Origin: Rebecca billardiae RCC1528
Lineage: Eukaryota; Protista; Haptophyta
DNA: 64,000 nt
Reading direction: 5' to 3'
Assembly: GCA_965240325.2 (NCBI GenBank)
Contig: OZ251222.1
Coordinates: forward strand, 3,906,001 to 3,970,000
A model generated the notes under the pieces. The model saw only the letters and a list, made by a program, of their open reading frames with translations. It ran no database searches and was not told the origin of the DNA. The stretch's first letter is position 1. Each line of letters opens with the position of its first letter. Of this stretch, positions 59,701 through 64,000 are shown one piece after another. Made by a program: the position numbers and the translations under genes.

Positions 59701-60203
59701 TTCAATATGATGAGGAGGTTCATCCAACGAGACAGGTGGGTAACTTGGTTTAAAAGCCTTATTTAAAAGAATCTCTTTCAATACCATGAGGCGGTTCATC
59801 CATCGAGACAGACGGGTAACTTATTTTCGCAAGCGCTATTCAAAAGAATCTGGCCTCATAGCTGTTTTCGACCCAAAACAATCAAACGTCGCTCGGCAAA
59901 CTCGTACTCTAGCATACAAGAAGGACAAAAATACTCACTTGTTTCACCCCCGGGGTATCTGATCCCACGTCCGTCCATCGACTTATGCGGAATGGCGTGG
60001 GCGCGCTTATTTCGTCAAGCGCGTAGTTGCTAATGCAGAGCACTATGGGCCAACGTACCCCTCGAAAAAGCGAAAACTCACCCTCCAACAGCCCTAAAAA
60101 TCGTCCCCCGTCCCCTTTTCTTTGATCAAAAGATCTTTTTGACAACGTAGTGAGGGCCCCCGGCGGGGCTCCACGCTACGCGCTCCGCCCTGCACCGCGG
60201 GCC
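56778..60203. mobile_element. ~3.4-kb non-autonomous element with 13-bp TIRs GGCCCGCGGTGCA
   Basis: TIRs at 56778-56790 and 60191-60203. The right end is repeated at 2075-2188. Several internal duplications and an ORF remnant (57652-56948). Confidence 0.75.
59638..59851. repeat. Three-copy 76-bp tandem array
   Basis: GG.GGTTCATCCA.CGAG...GGGTAACT...TATT.AAAAGAATCT begins at 59638, 59714 and 59790. Confidence 0.9.
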
Positions 60204-60692
60204 ATAATTATGATGATGATGATATGACGACGACGACGGCACTACGGATTCTATGCGGCGGACGAGTTCACTGCTCAACCGGCCAGTCGTCAGTCACTCA
60301 ACGTGTTCACATTCGAACTCGAACTCGAAGTAGCCAGTAGGCCGTTGACTGTTGAGGCACGCGTCACTGCACGCGCGCAGTCTGAGCAGCCGAGCCGTCT
60401 GCGCCGCCGTCTGCGCGGAGCCGGCGGAATACACTCGACTGCCGCCTGCTGCTGGCACCCCGACACCCCGGCGCCCTAGACCTGGCAGACGAGCCAGGGC
60501 GGACGACGGACCGCATTAGCGGGTGTGTCCGCCGTCCGGGACGCGGTCGCGAGGTCGTGCCTCGTGGATCGCAGGGGAGGAGGCGCGCCTCGCCGGTGTG
60601 GCCAGCATCCCGGGGCGCTTCGTCGGGATGTCAAGCCGTGATCGGGCGCGCCACTGCTGAGCTTCAGCTCGCCGCGCGGTCGCTCGAGTGCG

Positions 60693-61133
60693 TCAGCGCT
60701 TGGCCACGCCATGCAAAATGTCGGCGTACTTGTCGTACTGCCGCGTGCGAGCCTCGTGCTCCAGCTCAGTGCGGGCGCGCGAGGTGACACGCGCGAGGGC
60801 GCTGCCCTCGAGGCGCAGGCACGCGTCCTCGAAGTAGGCTGCTGAAACCTCGCGACCCAATGCAAAGCCGAACCACGGGAAGGCGATGGCGGCCACGAAG
60901 TTCCGGAAGGGCGACTGCGACAGCCTCGACCAGCTCATCACGCCACCTAGCATGCCGACCGAGAACGGCACGCCGAACGCCATCCACCTCGGGGTAGCTG
61001 TCGAGTCGAGCGTGGTCTGCTCATCGCTGGCGAACTCATGCCGGTCAAGGGCGAGGTCGTGCAGCGCCTCCCGCGTCACATCCCAGCTCCTCACGCGAGA
61101 GGAGCGCTCGAGCCATCGCGCAACGTCCGCCAT
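60693..61133 (-). CDS. Small hypothetical protein with two predicted TM helices
   Basis: WMAFGVPFSVGMLGGVMSW and FVAAIAFPWFGFALG. Lies head-to-head with the cyclase-fold gene. Start uncertain. Confidence 0.55.
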   Translation of the reverse strand: MADVARWLERSSRVRSWDVTREALHDLALDRHEFASDEQTTLDSTATPRWMAFGVPFSVGMLGGVMSWSRLSQSPFRNFVAAIAFPWFGFALGREVSAAYFEDACLRLEGSALARVTSRARTELEHEARTRQYDKYADILHGVAKR

Positions 61134-61418
61134 GCTTTCTTTGATTGCTTTCCAACTTTCAACTTGGGGTCTCGCGGTCTCGCGCTCGAGATTCCGGGCG
61201 GCCCATCCGGCCCGGGCTCGTCGCCCGAACTCCGAAGGTTCAAGCAAGGCCCTTGAAGCAAGCAAGGTCGCTGCGCCACTCCCCTTGCTGCGCCGGCGGG
61301 AGCCCTCAGCCGCCGAATTCGCAGCTACGAGATACATGGCCAGATTGTGAGATTCATTTTCATTTCCGACTCGGATACGTCGGTTGGACCACGCGCAGGA
61401 CTCGTGTCGGTCCACGCC

Positions 61419-61958
61419 ATGCGGACAAACGCGATGTGCAGAGCCCTTGCGGTCGGCTTGCTCCTGCACGTGGCGCAGTGCAGGTGGATTCAAACGAGCG
61501 CGTCGCAGTACATCCGAGCTCCCATCGGCGTCGCGTACTCCGCGTACCGCGACCTGCGGCGCATGCCGGAGTGGTCACCGGTCTCGCGAGTGGACATGGA
61601 CCCGGCAACCGGCGAGTCTGAATGGCACCTGGGGTACCGCGGGGTGGAGGTGAGCTGGACGGCGCGCATCATCACCGACGAGTTCCCACGTGTCCTGCGC
61701 TGGGAGTCCACCTCCGGCCCGCGCAACCACGGCGAGGTCGTCTTCGTGCCCGAGGGCGACGAGGCGTGCACGATGGCGCTCACCATGCACTACGTGATCC
61801 CCGGCTTCATCAGCAAGCTCGTGCAGGCCGGGGTGGTGCAGGAGTTCATCACGCGCAGATGTCTCTGGCCAACGCTGCGCCAGTTCGGCGAGGTGATCGA
61901 GGCCGAGTCATGCGCCGCCGTCGGGGCGCCTGCCGCTGCACAGGCCGCCGAGCGATGA
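61419..61958 (+). CDS. SRPBCC/polyketide-cyclase (START-like) family protein, possibly organelle-targeted
   Basis: IRAPIGVAYSAYRDLRRMPEW...SEWHL...SWTARI...LRWESTSGPRNHGEVVF...MHY; N-terminal hydrophobic leader. Confidence 0.85.
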   Translation: MRTNAMCRALAVGLLLHVAQCRWIQTSASQYIRAPIGVAYSAYRDLRRMPEWSPVSRVDMDPATGESEWHLGYRGVEVSWTARIITDEFPRVLRWESTSGPRNHGEVVFVPEGDEACTMALTMHYVIPGFISKLVQAGVVQEFITRRCLWPTLRQFGEVIEAESCAAVGAPAAAQAAER

Positions 61959-63079
61959 AGCCTGCTGCTACTACTGCCCGTGAAGACGACCGCTGGAGGT
62001 CGCAGTCGATTCAGCGGACAGGACACTCTGGACGTAGTCGTGATTCGTGATCAATCACCACATGTGGCGTGATGTGGCCATGCCGCATGCGGGCGTCCAC
62101 AGCGGAGCTGCTTCCGCCGCGAGCATACTTATATTAGCTAGCTAGGGCTCATTCAGAGTTATGGCCTGTTTTATTTCTACCAGATTCCATTTACTATGTC
62201 ACGGCGACAAACCCGTGCCCGCCAGTGGGAATCGGTGTCACGCCCCGTTCAGTGTACCTCTCACGGCCGATGGCGGCCCCCACGTGCGTGAGGAATGCGA
62301 TTCGTGCACTCCTCGGTGACCGGTGAGTGCACGAATCCAGTTGCGGCGCTCGTCCGCCTCGTTGTCGTCGCACACGAGGTACACTGAAGAGCACGGGTCA
62401 GAAGCCAGATCTCTCTGCGCGCTCGCGCCCGCGTGGTGAGGCACTGGCAGGCTTGTTCTCATCATCTTGGCCAAGACTGCAGCCTGCCAGATGCGCGATG
62501 ACGCGTGTGCACGCCTTTCCGCGCGCCATGGGTGCGCGCGGCACGCACCTTGTCGTCATCTACGCCGAGGAGGCCTGAACAACCGGCCCACCAACCTGCC
62601 GTGACCACGTTCAAATGCAGGCGGCAAGCTGCATGCGAGCGCACGCAACGGAAACATCTCACGCTCGACAAGGAAGTGGTGGCGGAGCGAGTAGAGCTGG
62701 TATCGTTTGCAGTCCATCTGTCGTTCAACAATCCTGGTTCACCAACTGACACGGGCGCGACGCAGCCAAGGCAGAGTGCTTGCAGCTTGCAGCGCGCCCG
62801 CAACCGCGGTTTGCCGCCGCGGCGCGGCGATCGTCACACTGCCGTGCGCTGCGAGTGACCTCTGTGTCATGGCGAAGCACCATGGCAAGGCTTAGCAGCA
62901 AGCCTTGGCATGATCTTTCGCTACAGCTCAGCGCCCTAGTACAAACATGCGCCAACGACGTGCCATCACTACTCCGCAATCACGCCGGTACCCACCACAA
63001 GCGGGCAAGCCGCCATTGTACCGCGTTTTGGCGAATGTCGCCGTTGGGCTCTCGTAGAAATAAAACAGGCCTTATGAGA

Positions 63080-63690
63080 GTATGGAGCGCTCGTTGGAAC
63101 TTGGCGGGGCTTGGAACTTGACACCGCATTTCCCAGCGAAGTGCCCCATCTCGGCGGGGCTGGCACGGTCGGCACACGCTCCTGAGCGCTCGCTTTGCGG
63201 TGCGGCAGGCCTTGGGCAGCCCAGACAGACATGCCGCGACCGAATTACCGGGCCATGCGCGCACCACACCCGCGCTACATGGCCTACGCGCTGGACGACT
63301 GAGAGGCAACGCCGAACCACTGCATTCCACTGCCCGGCATGCACCCCGACTCACCTTCAGAGGGCGTCGACGAGCGCAGAGCGGGTGCGTGGGAGTTCGA
63401 CCAACTCGTGTACCTTCTTGCAAGCACCAGCGGCGAGGTCGCAAGCCGAACCTTGACCAGCCGTGGAACTTGAGCTGGTCGGCAGCAAAACCACCGTTCA
63501 ACCCGGATCAAGTTAGCAGCGTGCGAGGAGGAGGCGCGGTGCGCGTCCGCGGCTGGCGAGAGGCGTCCGGACCGTGCCGTTCTCGGCCGCGCCCGCGCGC
63601 TTCCCGCCGCCGCGGGCCCCGTGTACGCCCGTCGTCGCCCTCGCCGCGCGGGCGCCAAACCGGCGTCAAGTTCCAACGAGCGCTCCATAC
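63080..63690. mobile_element. ~610-bp MITE with 24-bp perfect TIRs
   Basis: GTATGGAGCGCTCGTTGGAACTTG (63080-63103) pairs with CAAGTTCCAACGAGCGCTCCATAC (63667-63690). The true ends probably extend to AGGC at 63067 and GCCT at 63695. Confidence 0.85.
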
Positions 63691-63696
63691 AGCCTA

Positions 63697-64000
63697 CAGG
63701 CAATCGCGGGCAATAAGAAGTCAGAGATCTCACGGCTAGCCTCGGTTTCTTAGCCGTTCGGTAGCCCGAGCGCCTACGGAGTCTCAGTTTCTTAGCTAGG
63801 TCCGCCCGCCGCGCAGGCGCGGGGGGCGCAGGGGGGCAGAGCCCCCCGCTGAGTCTTTAGGCCCGGCCGGCGAGGCCGACGAAAATGTTGGGCCTTTTTG
63901 GAGCAAATCTGGCATGATGTTGCATGGATGCTGCGGTGCACTGGCCAGGAGTCAGTCATCAGGAGAAGTCGGGACTTGGCCTGTACTCGTAGTCGGGCCG
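63697..64000 (+). mobile_element. Third copy of the Tc1/mariner-type MITE, truncated by the window end
   Basis: TA|CAGGCAATCGCGGGCAATAAG. Essentially identical to 51676-51979, with one mismatch seen. Confidence 0.95.

Noticed and set aside
59638-59851. 76-bp array as a CRISPR-like locus
   Set aside because: The inter-box segments are homologous between units rather than unique spacers, there are only three units, no cas-like gene is present, and the context is a eukaryotic transposon.
54686-60208. ATAAT direct repeat flanking 54691-60203 as the TSD of one composite element
   Set aside because: Both flanks are AAT low-complexity sequence, and each half has its own exact TIR partner, so chance is more likely.
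1-64000. Hundreds of long Arg/Ala/Pro-rich ORFs in the supplied track (e.g. 4920-6932 +, 9848-11767 -, 25454-28408 -, 45210-47114 +)
   Set aside because: Shadow or antisense frames caused by very high GC and stop-codon scarcity. They overlap better-supported spliced genes and show no domain motifs.
51676-64000. Fanzor/TnpB or intact transposase within the element cluster
   Set aside because: No RuvC, zinc-finger, DDE, tyrosine-recombinase or reverse-transcriptase motifs were recognised in any frame.

Overview
This window is very GC-rich eukaryotic nuclear DNA, not prokaryotic. About 19 protein-coding genes can be modelled. Twelve of them contain short GT-AG spliceosomal introns (26 placed, typically GTGCGC...CGCGCAG), and the spliced models close in frame, except one gene that needs an extra fix. 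A plastid-targeted ribosomal protein with a signal peptide plus ASA-F motif, together with flagellar-type genes, points to a flagellated alga with a red-derived complex plastid. A haptophyte of the Pavlova/Diacronema type is my inference, not something the sequence proves. Recognisable genes: MED6, an axonemal-dynein-light-chain-like/EF-hand protein, a multi-pass membrane protein with a C-terminal TIR-like domain, a ~1350-aa RTX-like beta-solenoid surface protein, a GT8 glycosyltransferase, a QRICH2/DUF4795-like coiled-coil protein, a LamG-GH47 mannosidase fusion, a ubiquitin-like protein, plastid bTHX/PSRP4, a STAS-less SLC26/SulP transporter, a DUF4787-like protein, a CaaX-tailed CAMK kinase, a SPAG6/PF16-like ARM protein, an mTERF-like protein, a PHR1/PSR1-type MYB-CC factor and an SRPBCC cyclase-fold protein. 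Most genes sit in tight head-to-head pairs. Blocks 1-2.2, 18.7-23.3, 51.6-60.2 and 62-64 kb hold non-autonomous terminal-inverted-repeat (TIR-ended) DNA elements. One is a 2.4-kb element nested in a Tc1/mariner-type MITE, apparently with no target-site duplication when compared with an empty copy in the same window. No rRNA, tRNA, CRISPR array or intact transposase was seen. Most entries in the supplied ORF track are GC-driven shadow ORFs.
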